A stretch of DNA of 64,000 nucleotides, from positions 1,248,001-1,312,000 of the forward strand of contig OZ252149.1 of NCBI GenBank assembly GCA_965248755.1. Direction: 5' to 3'. Made by a program: the position numbers and the translations under genes. This document shows, piece after piece, positions 51,651-61,741 of the stretch (within the stretch, counting starts at the first letter, position 1; every line of letters starts with the position of its first letter). The notes beneath the pieces were generated by a model. It was not told where the DNA came from, searched no databases, and saw only the letters and a list, made by a program, of their open reading frames with translations. Origin of the DNA: Candidatus Latescibacterota bacterium. GTDB taxonomy: Bacteria > Latescibacterota > CBDEFO01.

Positions 51651-52470
51651 AAGGTCCGCGGCATGGTGACCAGAAAAAGCCAACTGGCGACGAAGCTGCT
51701 CCCAAAGCACGCGGTATAATACAGTACTTTGCAGTGCTCGTTACATATTCCATTGGACGGACTCGGTTTTTGCATTCAATTCCAGTATCGTGTCTGTGCT
51801 TCTGCGACCACCAATGGGTCAGGACTATGCGACTGGTAATACCGAAGGAGGAACTACCACGTCAAGGCTGCGAATCAGCCGCCTCGCACAGTTTCACCTT
51901 ATCAGTCTCCTTAAGCACCCTAACCATCGGCGTGATCTCCTCCCGTCCAATAGGGTCAATAAAAGTGTCCCATAAGAACTCGGTTATTGGGTCGAAACGT
52001 AGCAACATTTCAGCCCTAAAGTTCAGGTTCCCATACTCTGTATTATCCCCTATTTTAGCCCTTGAATTTTAGTTCCTATAAATCGGGATTCACGTCCTGA
52101 AGTATCTTGCATTACGCGTGAACACCTCGACCCCACGCTTGTAAAAGTTATCCTCGTATGACTTACCTGCCCCAGTCCTCGAGAAGTTGGGAACACTTAG
52201 CCTTCACCGGCAGCTCCACCTTGAAGCCCTTGATCTTCATGAACCAGGAGAACCAGACGTTGCAGTAGCAGCTGCCCTTGCTGCGCCGCCGGCGTTCCAG
52301 TCAACGACAATGCTGTCCAAGATGCCATCGCATGGATAATCCTGGATCTCTTCCGGTGTTGCCGTCGTTTTCATAGCGCTCCCTTTAGTTCGGGAACTAT
52401 TCAGTGTTCCCGAACGGAGCGAGCAGTCCCCCCATGGCGGGATTTGTTTTTCACGCCGCTTGCTGTTCCA

Positions 52471-54072
52471 TCAGACACTTACATTGCGTTCCATCACCAG
52501 CAGCCAGTCGTGGCACTCCGGTGGTATCGGCGCCGTCCATACACCCTCGTCCGAAGCTTCCACCCTGCCGATGTTGACATGCTCCCCGGTGCACGGGTCG
52601 AAGTAATAAGCTTCATATGCGACGTCGGCCTCGATGCCGATGACCGGGCACGGATCCCAACACATAGGCATGTATACAATTCTCAGTTTCCCCGGAATGC
52701 CCACGGCCACGGCGCCATACGGGTCGTCTTCCGGTGCCTCATCCGACACCCAGTCACGCCGATACTGTAGCTCCCACCACGGAAATCTTCGCATGAACTG
52801 TCCACCCAGTCCGACCTGGCGGGAACCAGGCAGTTGCGCCGCTTCGCGCCAGGTCGTGTTTCCCCAGCAGCGACCATGGGGTGACGGGCCATACGGTGTT
52901 TCAAGCGTGTTCATCTGCCAGATGCCGTTGGCGCCGTATGTATGGCCGGCAGCCCCACGCAGGACGGAATGATAGAAGCAGAGGCGCTGGATGTTCTGCC
53001 AGCACCGGCCTAAGATGCCCTCGTAGTTCACTTCAGCATCTATGACCGGCATAACCGGTTCGGCATCGACCGATTCGGTAACGTTGTCGATCGTCCGCGA
53101 GACGCTCACGTAATCATTGTGCCCACTCTGAAGCATTTCGAAATCCATGAGGCTCGGATCTTCTACCTGTGCGCGCCCTGACTGGTTTGGGTGAATGGTG
53201 ATGAGATTTCGGTAGGGATCAATGTCGCGCACATAGGCCATGACCTCTGTCCAACCGCGCTTCTGCAGGGCGGCATCCGCTTCGGGCGTTTCGGAAAGGT
53301 AGTAAGGCATGATGCCTTCGCCACACATGCACCACACTGCAGGGTAGGCTCCATAACGGGCGACCAGGTAGCGCCAGAAGCGCTTGACCCGTTCCACACC
53401 GATTCTGGGCAGATAATAGCCCCACATGCCGATGATACATGACACCAGGCCCGTTTCCACAAGATGTGCAATCTTCAAATCCGCGTGGTCGTAATAGGAT
53501 GGATTTACGCTTTCAAAATCATCCGCAAATGGAAAACCCGCTTCGTTTCGCCCTCTCGGATCCCAGGCATCCATATCGGGATACGGCCCGGCAATAATCT
53601 GGATAACGTTAAAGCCTTTCCCCAGGCGATCTGCTGTGAGCTCTTTGAAACCCTGGGGCCAGTCGAGGCGAGTCGTCAGCCCCATCCACCAGGTATCACC
53701 CGTCCAGAAGAACGGCGTTCCGTCGTCGTGCTCGAAGTGCCGCCGATCACCCGCTACGCGCAATCTGCCGTGGCGCAACAAAGCGTTGTCGCCTTCATAC
53801 CGATGAACTCTGAAGGTTCCTGTCTGTCCATGGAGACCGTTATCAGTGGCGACTTTTACCTCCGTCTCGAAGGTGTAGTCACCTGGGCGGTTTCCGGCGA
53901 ACCGGGCCTTCCAGACATTGTCGCCTGCCCAGAAAGCCGGTATGCGAAGCTGCCCGCCGTCAGACGTCGTGACGAGCACATCGAGTTCCACATCGTTGTA
54001 CGGATCGTCATACCTGGAAGTCGAGGCAAAGGCAATCTCGATCACATGGTTTTGAGGCACGTCAGTTAACAT
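52471..54072 (-). CDS. DUF5060/DUF4038 (apiosidase-like) glycoside hydrolase
   Basis: PAFWAGDNVWKARF, DGTPFFWTGDTWW, YLVARYGA, ITIHP, QSGH, EVNYE, GHTYGANG. Likely start ATG 54072. Confidence 0.85.
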   Translation of the reverse strand: MLTDVPQNHVIEIAFASTSRYDDPYNDVELDVLVTTSDGGQLRIPAFWAGDNVWKARFAGNRPGDYTFETEVKVATDNGLHGQTGTFRVHRYEGDNALLRHGRLRVAGDRRHFEHDDGTPFFWTGDTWWMGLTTRLDWPQGFKELTADRLGKGFNVIQIIAGPYPDMDAWDPRGRNEAGFPFADDFESVNPSYYDHADLKIAHLVETGLVSCIIGMWGYYLPRIGVERVKRFWRYLVARYGAYPAVWCMCGEGIMPYYLSETPEADAALQKRGWTEVMAYVRDIDPYRNLITIHPNQSGRAQVEDPSLMDFEMLQSGHNDYVSVSRTIDNVTESVDAEPVMPVIDAEVNYEGILGRCWQNIQRLCFYHSVLRGAAGHTYGANGIWQMNTLETPYGPSPHGRCWGNTTWREAAQLPGSRQVGLGGQFMRRFPWWELQYRRDWVSDEAPEDDPYGAVAVGIPGKLRIVYMPMCWDPCPVIGIEADVAYEAYYFDPCTGEHVNIGRVEASDEGVWTAPIPPECHDWLLVMERNVSV

Positions 54073-54096
54073 GCTTCCGATCCTCCAAACTGACAT

Positions 54097-54310
54097 TGTA
54101 GTGCTCCCCCCGGAAAGCGACATCGATTAAGCAACCTGGGGTAGCAGATAAAATTGTTTTCTCCACCCTTCTGAGGTCTTATATCCCAGGGATGAGTGGC
54201 GGCGCTTCTTGTTATAGTGATTGATCCATTGGGACACAATCCTTTTAGTACATAATCCTTTTGAGACATAATACTTTCAGCCTGTTCAAAGGACTCGAAA
54301 TTATGAAGCC
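54097..54310 (-). mobile_element. Right-end remnant of the IS3-family element
   Basis: WLHNFESFEQAE...FYLLPQVA* and a terminal IR matching copies 1 and 2. Confidence 0.8.
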
Positions 54311-54311
54311 A

Positions 54312-54336
54312 ATCCCCGATTGATTCTATCAGGGAT
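54312..54336 (-). repeat. Palindromic mini-element, copy B
   Basis: Reverse complement ATCCCTGATAGAATCAATCGGGGAT, at the IS breakpoint. Confidence 0.8.
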
Positions 54337-54422
54337 TGGTTGTTTGTAAAGAGACTCGTCATTCAACTTCGGTGCGCTATCCGATCTATCCTAACCTTCC
54401 CCCGCCATCTGGATAATCGACG

Positions 54423-54866
54423 TTAGGGAATCTCAACGAACACACGTTGCTGCTTGACGGATACGGGATAGGTCTCAGCTGTGTACGGTCCCTTTTCCAA
54501 ACCAGGCATCGCTGCTTCTGCATCTTCGTTGGGAGCAATTTCTACGCTCACCTTGTAGCTTCGGGCGCGTATCCGTGCGGGATTCCACCACGACTGGCCC
54601 GTCTTGACATCAAACTCCCAGCCGTGCCAGGGACAGCGAAGAATTTCACCTTTACGGGTGTACCTGTACTCGCCAGGAACTCTGGATTTGAGCAAGCCTG
54701 AAAGGCGGCCTTGGCAGAGCGGACCTCCCTGGTGAGGACACTGGTTCCGAAGGGAAAAAAACTCCCCGGCGATGTTGAAAACACCGACGGATCGCCCCTC
54801 AACTTCGACAATTTTGCGCTCACCAGGCGGAATCTCGTCGAGGGTTGAAACTATATACTTTGCCAT
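54423..54866 (-). CDS. Rieske [2Fe-2S] ferredoxin
   Basis: CPHQGGPL...CPWHGWEF. Confidence 0.92.
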   Translation of the reverse strand: MAKYIVSTLDEIPPGERKIVEVEGRSVGVFNIAGEFFSLRNQCPHQGGPLCQGRLSGLLKSRVPGEYRYTRKGEILRCPWHGWEFDVKTGQSWWNPARIRARSYKVSVEIAPNEDAEAAMPGLEKGPYTAETYPVSVKQQRVFVEIP

Positions 54867-54941
54867 AGGAGTCCTTTTCGCCAGCAGGAGCTGGATTCTA
54901 CCTATCCATCCTGACCGGTAGGCATGGCAGAAGATTCAGTT

Positions 54942-56039
54942 TTACAACCGATAGAGCGCGCGGGCATTCTCAGCCATGATCTTTCGCTTCAGTTTCGGTG
55001 CCAGTTCCACTGGAATGGCCCGGTTGGGTGAGTCAAAGTCCCAATGTGGATAGTCGGTTGCGAACATAAGCTTGTCATCTGCGTTGAGTTGTTCAAGGAG
55101 CTGTTCGAAGTACAGTCGTTTGGGTGGCTCCTCCATCGGCTGGGTGCTGTTCCAGAAGTGTTCGCGTATGTACTCGGACGGCAGCCGTCGCAAGTCCGGA
55201 ACCTCCTCCCTGAGCCGCTGCCAGCTGTGGTCGAGACGCCACATCAGCGGTGGCATCCAGGCAAAGCCCCCTTCGATCAAGGCAAATTTGAGGGTGGGAA
55301 AGCGCTCAAAGATTCCTTCGCAAACAAGGCTGATTACCTGGGCCTGAAAGGATTGCGGCATTCCTCCATGGTCCTCGATGTAGTGGGAGGGCCAACCTGC
55401 TCCAGTAATCGGACCGCCACCAGCGCCTCCGAAATGAATACCAATCGGCAGGTCGTGGCGCACGGCCGCTTCGTATAGCTTCCAATACTTACGACGTCCC
55501 AAGGGTTCACTTGTGCGTACAACCAGCAAGACTTGCACAAAGCCGGGATAATCTCCAACCCGATCAATCTCAGCAGCTGCCAACTCTCCATCTTCGTATG
55601 GAACAGTGATCGAGGCCCGCAGCCGCGGTTCCTTTTCGAGCCACTCATCGATCTGCCAGTCGTTAATCGCCTGTGATAGAGCCGCACCGTACTCCAGGTT
55701 AAGCTGCCCACCCACACCAGACAGACAGTTCAGAATACCGTATTCAATGTCCCAGGAATCTAGCAACTGTTCCTGCATAAAGCTGAGGTCCGAACCCGGT
55801 GGGAGACCAGACGGAGGCCAGGCGTCGCGCCTTGCAGCGTTAGGGACGATCCGCGGATAGTACGAACCATAATAGCCGCGCATCCCCACCATCTGGTTAT
55901 ACTTGCGCCAGCGGTCGGGCAGGTATTTGTGCAGCACCTCCTCCGAGGGCAGGGCATTATGAATATCACAGTCGATGAGGGCCACTTTTTTTGGCCTCGG
56001 TTTCTTTTTCTTTGCCCGGGCAACTAATGTACTCTCCAT
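54942..56039 (-). CDS. Amidohydrolase-2 fold protein (probable dinuclear oxygenase subunit)
   Basis: IDCDIH, IGIHFGG, IEDH, IEGG, ATDYPHWD. Confidence 0.88.
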   Translation of the reverse strand: MESTLVARAKKKKPRPKKVALIDCDIHNALPSEEVLHKYLPDRWRKYNQMVGMRGYYGSYYPRIVPNAARRDAWPPSGLPPGSDLSFMQEQLLDSWDIEYGILNCLSGVGGQLNLEYGAALSQAINDWQIDEWLEKEPRLRASITVPYEDGELAAAEIDRVGDYPGFVQVLLVVRTSEPLGRRKYWKLYEAAVRHDLPIGIHFGGAGGGPITGAGWPSHYIEDHGGMPQSFQAQVISLVCEGIFERFPTLKFALIEGGFAWMPPLMWRLDHSWQRLREEVPDLRRLPSEYIREHFWNSTQPMEEPPKRLYFEQLLEQLNADDKLMFATDYPHWDFDSPNRAIPVELAPKLKRKIMAENARALYRL

Positions 56040-56095
56040 CTTTCTTTCCTCGTTGCTTTTATCAGCTCTTGTCTACACGGTCAACTATATCAGGC

Positions 56096-57184
56096 TCAAA
56101 GCCGGTAAAATGCACGGGCATTTTCGGATAGAATCTTAGGTGCAAGCCTCTCCGGCAGCGCTACCGGAAAAGCCTCCTCGGGGATATCAAAGTGCCAGTG
56201 TGGGTAGTCCGTTGAAAACATCAGAAGTTCCTCGGAATCGAGCTGGTCAATAATCTGAAGCAGATGCTTGGGATCCGGAGGCTCATCAACTGGCTGAATC
56301 GTCAAACGGATATGCTCACGAATATACTCTGATGGGGGCCGCTTGACCCACGGTATATCACTTCGGAGCCCTTTCCACTCCTTATCAAGTCGCCACATTA
56401 GCGACGGCATCCAGGTAAAGCCCCCTTCGATAAGCGCCACCCTCAGGGTCGGAAACCGGTCAAAAACGCCTTCCACGACCAGGCTTATGACCTGCGACTG
56501 GAAAACTTGTGCCATACCGGCGTATTCCTCCAGATAAGTCGAAGGCCAACCAGCCGGCGTAGGGGGATGACCGGGAGCTCCACCAAAATGGATTCCAATC
56601 ACAAGGTCGTGGTGCACGGCGACTTCGTAGATCGGGTCATAGCGCCGATTCCCATAAGGAGCCTGAGAGCGTACCGGCAGCATCACCTGGACAAATCCCG
56701 GATGGTCTCCAAGACGCTCGATTTCGTGAGCTGCCAGCTTTGGATTCTGACTCGGGACAACGAGTGAAGCTCGCAGCCGTGGCTCCGGCTCCAGCCACTC
56801 CTCGATCTGCCAGGTGTTCAACGCAGAGGCCAGTGCCGCCGCAAGGTCTTCATTGTGTACACTCTGCACCCGATAAGCGCAGGTAAGGATGCCGTAATCT
56901 ACTTCCCAGGCTTCCAGCGCCTGCTCACGCAGCATTGCAAGGTTCGACCCCGGAGGATCACCCGAAGGCGGTGCAGTATCGGGTCGAGCTGAGGTCGGCA
57001 CTCCCCTCGGATAGTCGTTTGAATCAGGACCCATAAAGGCAGAGGTGTTGATGTAGTCGCACCAGTGGTCCGGCAGGTACGGAACGAGCGTTTTCAGGGA
57101 GGGCAGCTCATTGTGGATGTCGCAGTCGATCAATGGCCGATCTGAGCGGATAATGCCCGGTTTCGTGCCCCGTATTTCTCCCAT
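56096..57184 (-). CDS. Amidohydrolase-2 fold protein (paralogous partner subunit)
   Basis: IDCDIH, IGIHFGG, LEEY, IEGG, STDYPHWH. Confidence 0.88.
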   Translation of the reverse strand: MGEIRGTKPGIIRSDRPLIDCDIHNELPSLKTLVPYLPDHWCDYINTSAFMGPDSNDYPRGVPTSARPDTAPPSGDPPGSNLAMLREQALEAWEVDYGILTCAYRVQSVHNEDLAAALASALNTWQIEEWLEPEPRLRASLVVPSQNPKLAAHEIERLGDHPGFVQVMLPVRSQAPYGNRRYDPIYEVAVHHDLVIGIHFGGAPGHPPTPAGWPSTYLEEYAGMAQVFQSQVISLVVEGVFDRFPTLRVALIEGGFTWMPSLMWRLDKEWKGLRSDIPWVKRPPSEYIREHIRLTIQPVDEPPDPKHLLQIIDQLDSEELLMFSTDYPHWHFDIPEEAFPVALPERLAPKILSENARAFYRL

Positions 57185-57626
57185 GGATCTATCCTCAATA
57201 TATTGCTATTTCGCATATCAACCCCGCGATTTCCAAATCCGCGTAGGGGGTTCGGCGAAGGCTAGAGGCCGAAGCCGGAAATCGTCGTGTTGGGCGATAG
57301 CATTCCTACGATGCCATTTGAGAATATAATCTTCTCCTCTCTGTTTGTCAATACCTTCAGGGTCTGATAGTCTGCAGCTTCTCATCTAGAATTTCAGGTT
57401 CTTTGTTTATGCTCCGGGACTTCCATCAAGGATTACAACTAAAGCAGGGCTTGAAATTGCAACGAGAGAAAAGATCCGAAATGGGCAGTAGTTTCGGATA
57501 GGGAAATCACTGCACAGTTGAACTGAGATTATGTGCACAGTTCCTATTGACATCCACCATTTCATTTTGTATCTTCCAAGGGAGCCTTGCCAGTGAAGTC
57601 TGTCTATATCGGATGGAGACAGATGG

Positions 57627-57651
57627 ATCCCCGATAGACTCAATCGGGGAT
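57627..57651 (+). repeat. Palindromic mini-element, copy C
   Basis: ATCCCCGATAGACTCAATCGGGGAT. Confidence 0.8.
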
Positions 57652-57884
57652 GGATTTGTGCAGACGAGTAAGCTGGACTTGATGAGATAGGCCCCTTTCC
57701 ATAGGAGAAATAACCGAAGGAAATAAGACATGTCTGAATCTTTTAAGCTTTGGCTTTCCTTCACCTTGTTTATCTTTATGATTATTTCTCTGAACTTCTT
57801 GTTTTGGAAAGGTCAAGCATTCATACTGCTCCCCCAATGTGTTATTTTAAATTCATTCATTAGGTAAAGGTACTTCTTGAATTT

Positions 57885-58192
57885 TACCTTACTCTCTTGA
57901 CAGAGCGACAAATATGTTGCAAATTGGGGTTTGAGGCTTGTCCCCGAGTGATGCTATCGGGGAAAGGAGATCAACTTGTCAAGCCCCGAAGTGAAAGATG
58001 GTAAGCGCTGGACTGGGACCTGTAAGGAAGAGGTGGTGTTGGCTCTTTTCAAAGGAGCAGATGTATCAGAGGTGTGTTGGAAGAATGGAATTAGGCAGTC
58101 GCAGGCGTATGCTTGGCGTGATAGTTTCTTTAGAAGGAGGCCAGGAGAGTCTGAAGTCTCGGCGTGGTCGCAAGGATCCGAGGGAGCGGGAG
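57885..58192 (+). mobile_element. Left-end remnant of the IS3-family element, with palindrome copy D inserted at 57936-57962
   Basis: CTTGACAGAGCGACAAAT...GGGGTTTGAG plus degraded orfA, and 27 extra bp relative to copies 1 and 2. Confidence 0.85.
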
Positions 58193-58698
58193 ATCCCAGT
58201 CAGATTGTATCGGAAGGAATCACAAGGTTTGAGGACGGCAGGGTCAGTGTAGGAATCACTCACGGACAGACTCTATTTGTAGCTATGGAGTTATCTTCTG
58301 CTGTGGGTCCTTCGATAGGAGTAAATATCGCTCTTGACCCGCGCAAGAGTTGGACGTTCGATGAAATTGGAGGAGTGACACGCTGGAGACGGGGATCTGA
58401 TTTTGTGGGATTAACAGGTGATGGAGGATTTATGATACGGACTGTGACGGGGATTATGGGGGATGTGTCCAAGTTTCCTCCCGGCAGGGGAGTAACAGAC
58501 GGCGAGATTGGCACGGAGGATTTGGACTTTGTAGTGGATGTGGTTCTTAGCAGGATTTCTGAGTCTGGCGTGTCGGATGTGATATCAGGAGTGGATAAAG
58601 TAGCAAGGTTCCTTATGGATGCAGTAGACGGAAGAGGAGGAGGATCTGATGGAATAGTTAATCTTTTTGATATCCTGTTTGTTGTGGATAGACTCTAG
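58193..58698 (+). pseudogene. 3' fragment of a secreted protein with a dockerin-like C-terminus
   Basis: GDV...DGEIGTEDLDFVVDVVL and DGIVNLFDILFVVDRL. 5' end replaced by the IS remnant. Confidence 0.55.
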
Positions 58699-58774
58699 GG
58701 ATTTAGGGAGATGGCATGTCTGAAATAGGAGTCCAGTTTTCAATGTTTTCAAATATGATAAGGAGGAGATACTC

Positions 58775-59701
58775 ATGACGCGAGAGGAAATGAAATTCCA
58801 CCTACAGGGCCCCATGGCAACCGTTCCGACCCCCTTCGACGATCAGTACGAGATCGACTACGGTCTGATGTACGAGATGACCCAGTGGTGGGTTGAGCAG
58901 GGCCTTGTAGCAGGCAAGGTGCCTATCAAAGTGGTGGCTGCGATGGGCGAGGGTCCGTCGCTTCGTGACGATGAGTGGCCTTACCTGCTGAGAACCGTCG
59001 TCAACGCGGCCAACGGCAAGGCATCTGTCCTCTGCGGCATCCAGCACAAGGACACAGTGCGGTCAATAGAAGATGCCAAGCGGGCGCAGGATATGGGAGC
59101 AGTAGGATTGCAGATTCCGCTCCCGGTATTTAATCATCCGACGCAGGACGATTTGTACCGCTACTTCGCGGCTATCTCCGATGCTGTGGACATCGGCATT
59201 ATGCTCTACAATACCTGGTGGTACGGCTGTGAGAGCATCACGACCGAGACGGTTTTGCGCATGAAGGACATTGAGAACTTGGTCGCAGTGAAGTGGACGG
59301 TTCCGGAGCCGATGGTATATGAGGACATGGCGAAGTTCTCCGACCACTATAACGTAATCTGTAACAGCAGCCGGCCGGTGGACAACCATAAGCTGGGAGG
59401 CCGCGGCTACATCAATTGGACGTCTGAGATCTATCCTCCGCACGATCTGAAGATCTGGGAACTATTGGAGGCGAAGCAGTACGATGAGGCGGGTGCGATG
59501 TATCAGAGGGTGAAATCTGCCTTGGAAGACTTCGCTAACACCTGCACCAGTTCAGGCGGACAGTCCCGGATGAAGAAGGCGCTGACGAAGGTAATGGGGC
59601 GTCCGATGGGTGATCCGCGACCGCCCTCGATGCCGCTGAGCGACGACGAGGTGGCAAGACTCCGCCAAATTTTGATAGGGTTCGGCTGGCCTGTTCCCTG
59701 A
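58775..59701 (+). CDS. DHDPS/NAL-family aldolase-like protein, copy 1
   Basis: VPTPFD, AMGEG, MLYN, VAVKW, RPP. Confidence 0.88.
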   Translation: MTREEMKFHLQGPMATVPTPFDDQYEIDYGLMYEMTQWWVEQGLVAGKVPIKVVAAMGEGPSLRDDEWPYLLRTVVNAANGKASVLCGIQHKDTVRSIEDAKRAQDMGAVGLQIPLPVFNHPTQDDLYRYFAAISDAVDIGIMLYNTWWYGCESITTETVLRMKDIENLVAVKWTVPEPMVYEDMAKFSDHYNVICNSSRPVDNHKLGGRGYINWTSEIYPPHDLKIWELLEAKQYDEAGAMYQRVKSALEDFANTCTSSGGQSRMKKALTKVMGRPMGDPRPPSMPLSDDEVARLRQILIGFGWPVP

Positions 59702-59930
59702 AGCAAAGGACATTGTCCAGAGAAAAATAAAACCGCAGAGCACTCACAAAAGCGATCCCGGCTGTGAGATTTGCCAGTGCCAAGCCGGTAGAGAGGAGGT
59801 GCTGGTGGCATAGTCAATCTTTTTGATATCCTGTTTGTTGTGGATAGGCTCTAGGATTTGACGAAGATGGCATGTCTGAAAGAGTAGTCCAGGTTTTAAC
59901 GTTTTCAAATATGATAAGGAGAAGGTACTC

Positions 59931-60857
59931 ATGACGCGGGAGGAAATGAAATTCCACCTGCAGGGCCCCATGGCAACCGTTCCGACCCCCTTCGACGATC
60001 AGTACGAGATCGACTACGGTCTGATGTACGAGATGACCCAGTGGTGGGTTGAGCAGGGCCTTGTAGCAGGCAAGGTGCCTATCAAAGTGGTGGCTGCGAT
60101 GGGCGAGGGTCCGTCGCTTCGTGACGATGAGTGGCCTTACCTGCTGAGAACCGTCGTCAACGCGGCCAACGGCAAGGCATCTGTCCTCTGCGGCATCCAG
60201 CACAAGGACACAGTGCGGTCAATAGAAGATGCCAAGCGGGCGCAGGATATGGGAGCAGTAGGATTGCAGATTCCGCTCCCGGTATTTAATCATCCGACGC
60301 AGGACGATTTGTACCGCTACTTCGCGGCTATCTCCGATGCTGTGGACATCGGCGTTATGCTCTACAACACCTTCTGGTACGGCTGTGAGAGCATCACGAC
60401 CGAGACGGTTTTGCGCATGAAGGACATTGAGAACTTGGTCGCAGTGAAGTGGGAGGTGCCGGAGACAATGAAATACGAGGACATGGCGAAGTTCTCTGAC
60501 CACTATAACGTAATCTGCAACAGCAGTCGGCCGGTGGACAACCATAAGATGGGAGGCCGCGGCTATATCAATCGGACGGCTGAGGTCTACCCTCCCCACG
60601 ATCAGAAGATATGGGAACTCTTGGAGTCGAAGCAGTACGATGAGGCGGGCGCCCTGTTTGACAAGGTGAACACCGCCTTAATAGCTTTCTCTGCGTCGTG
60701 TACCAGTTCTGGTGGGCAGTCCCGGATGAAGAAGGCGCTGATGAAGGTTATGGGGCATCCTATGGGCGACCCCCGTCCGCCCTCCATGCCGATGAGCGAT
60801 GACGAGGTGGCAAGACTCCGCCAAATTCTGATAGGGTTCGAGTGGCCTGTTCCCTAA
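59931..60857 (+). CDS. DHDPS/NAL-family aldolase-like protein, copy 2
   Basis: Tandem paralogue at a 1156-bp offset. Confidence 0.88.
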   Translation: MTREEMKFHLQGPMATVPTPFDDQYEIDYGLMYEMTQWWVEQGLVAGKVPIKVVAAMGEGPSLRDDEWPYLLRTVVNAANGKASVLCGIQHKDTVRSIEDAKRAQDMGAVGLQIPLPVFNHPTQDDLYRYFAAISDAVDIGVMLYNTFWYGCESITTETVLRMKDIENLVAVKWEVPETMKYEDMAKFSDHYNVICNSSRPVDNHKMGGRGYINRTAEVYPPHDQKIWELLESKQYDEAGALFDKVNTALIAFSASCTSSGGQSRMKKALMKVMGHPMGDPRPPSMPMSDDEVARLRQILIGFEWPVP

Positions 60858-60977
60858 AGCTAAGGGCATTGTCCAAACGAAAACCAAAACCGCAGAAGAT
60901 GCATGAACGTTCAAACGTTAAACGCGATCTGTGCGGACAGATTTGACAGTACTAACCAGTAGAGAGGAGAGCTCCGT

Positions 60978-61640
60978 ATGAGACTGATCATAATCGGATG
61001 TGAGTATGCGGGAAAAAGCACTTTGGCGGCGCGAATCAGGGTGTGGGGTCAGGAGACGCTTGGAGGAACCATCCCCTTTCACGACCACTTCGTCTTTCCC
61101 GATGAGGATGCCAACCAAGAGGAGCAAGAACAGCTTCTGGCTCTGGTGCCATCCCTTAAAGAGAAGTATCAGCGCTACATGATCGACTACCATTTCGGTA
61201 CAGGTTTCTACAGCGACAACGATCATTGCTTGATCGGGTTTTATTACTCTGAAGCGGTCTACGCTCCGCTTTACTACGGGTACGGCGGGCCCGGCGAGTA
61301 CGCCGATCGGGTCACGATGGCTAAAGCCTTGGACCACAACGTCATGCAGATCGCTCCCGACACGGTGCTCGTGCTTTTGAGGGCGTCTCCGGAGGTGATC
61401 AGGGAACGTATGGCCGCAGATCCGGACCACAGATCAGTCCTTCAAGAGAAGGACATCGAGTTAGTCCTTAAGCGCTTTGAGGATCTCTTCGCGGCCTCAT
61501 TGATCCGAAAACAGTTTGCGCTGGAAACCACCACAGCATCCCTCGAGGAGACGTTTGCTGAGTTTCTCAGTAATATAGAGCGGTACCTCACTCAGGCCGA
61601 CCGCCTGAGGATATTGACCCACCAAAACTTGGGAGCCTAG
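60978..61640 (+). CDS. P-loop NMP-kinase-like protein
   Basis: IIIGCEYAGKST, LVLLRASPEVIRER. Confidence 0.7.
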   Translation: MRLIIIGCEYAGKSTLAARIRVWGQETLGGTIPFHDHFVFPDEDANQEEQEQLLALVPSLKEKYQRYMIDYHFGTGFYSDNDHCLIGFYYSEAVYAPLYYGYGGPGEYADRVTMAKALDHNVMQIAPDTVLVLLRASPEVIRERMAADPDHRSVLQEKDIELVLKRFEDLFAASLIRKQFALETTTASLEETFAEFLSNIERYLTQADRLRILTHQNLGA

Positions 61641-61741
61641 GGGGGAACCTGGGGTACGTGATGACCCCAGGGAGTTTTTCAGCTATCAGCATAGTGGGGC
61701 GGTGCGCACAAAGCACCTACGACAACAGACAAGGAGAAAAC

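Noticed and set aside
47519..54069. Many + strand ORFs over the GC-rich catabolic genes
   Set aside because: Antisense shadows of well-supported minus-strand CDSs.
57976..58698. 240-aa ORF as a genuine transposase fusion protein
   Set aside because: Accidental frame join of a frameshifted IS remnant and a truncated dockerin-like gene.
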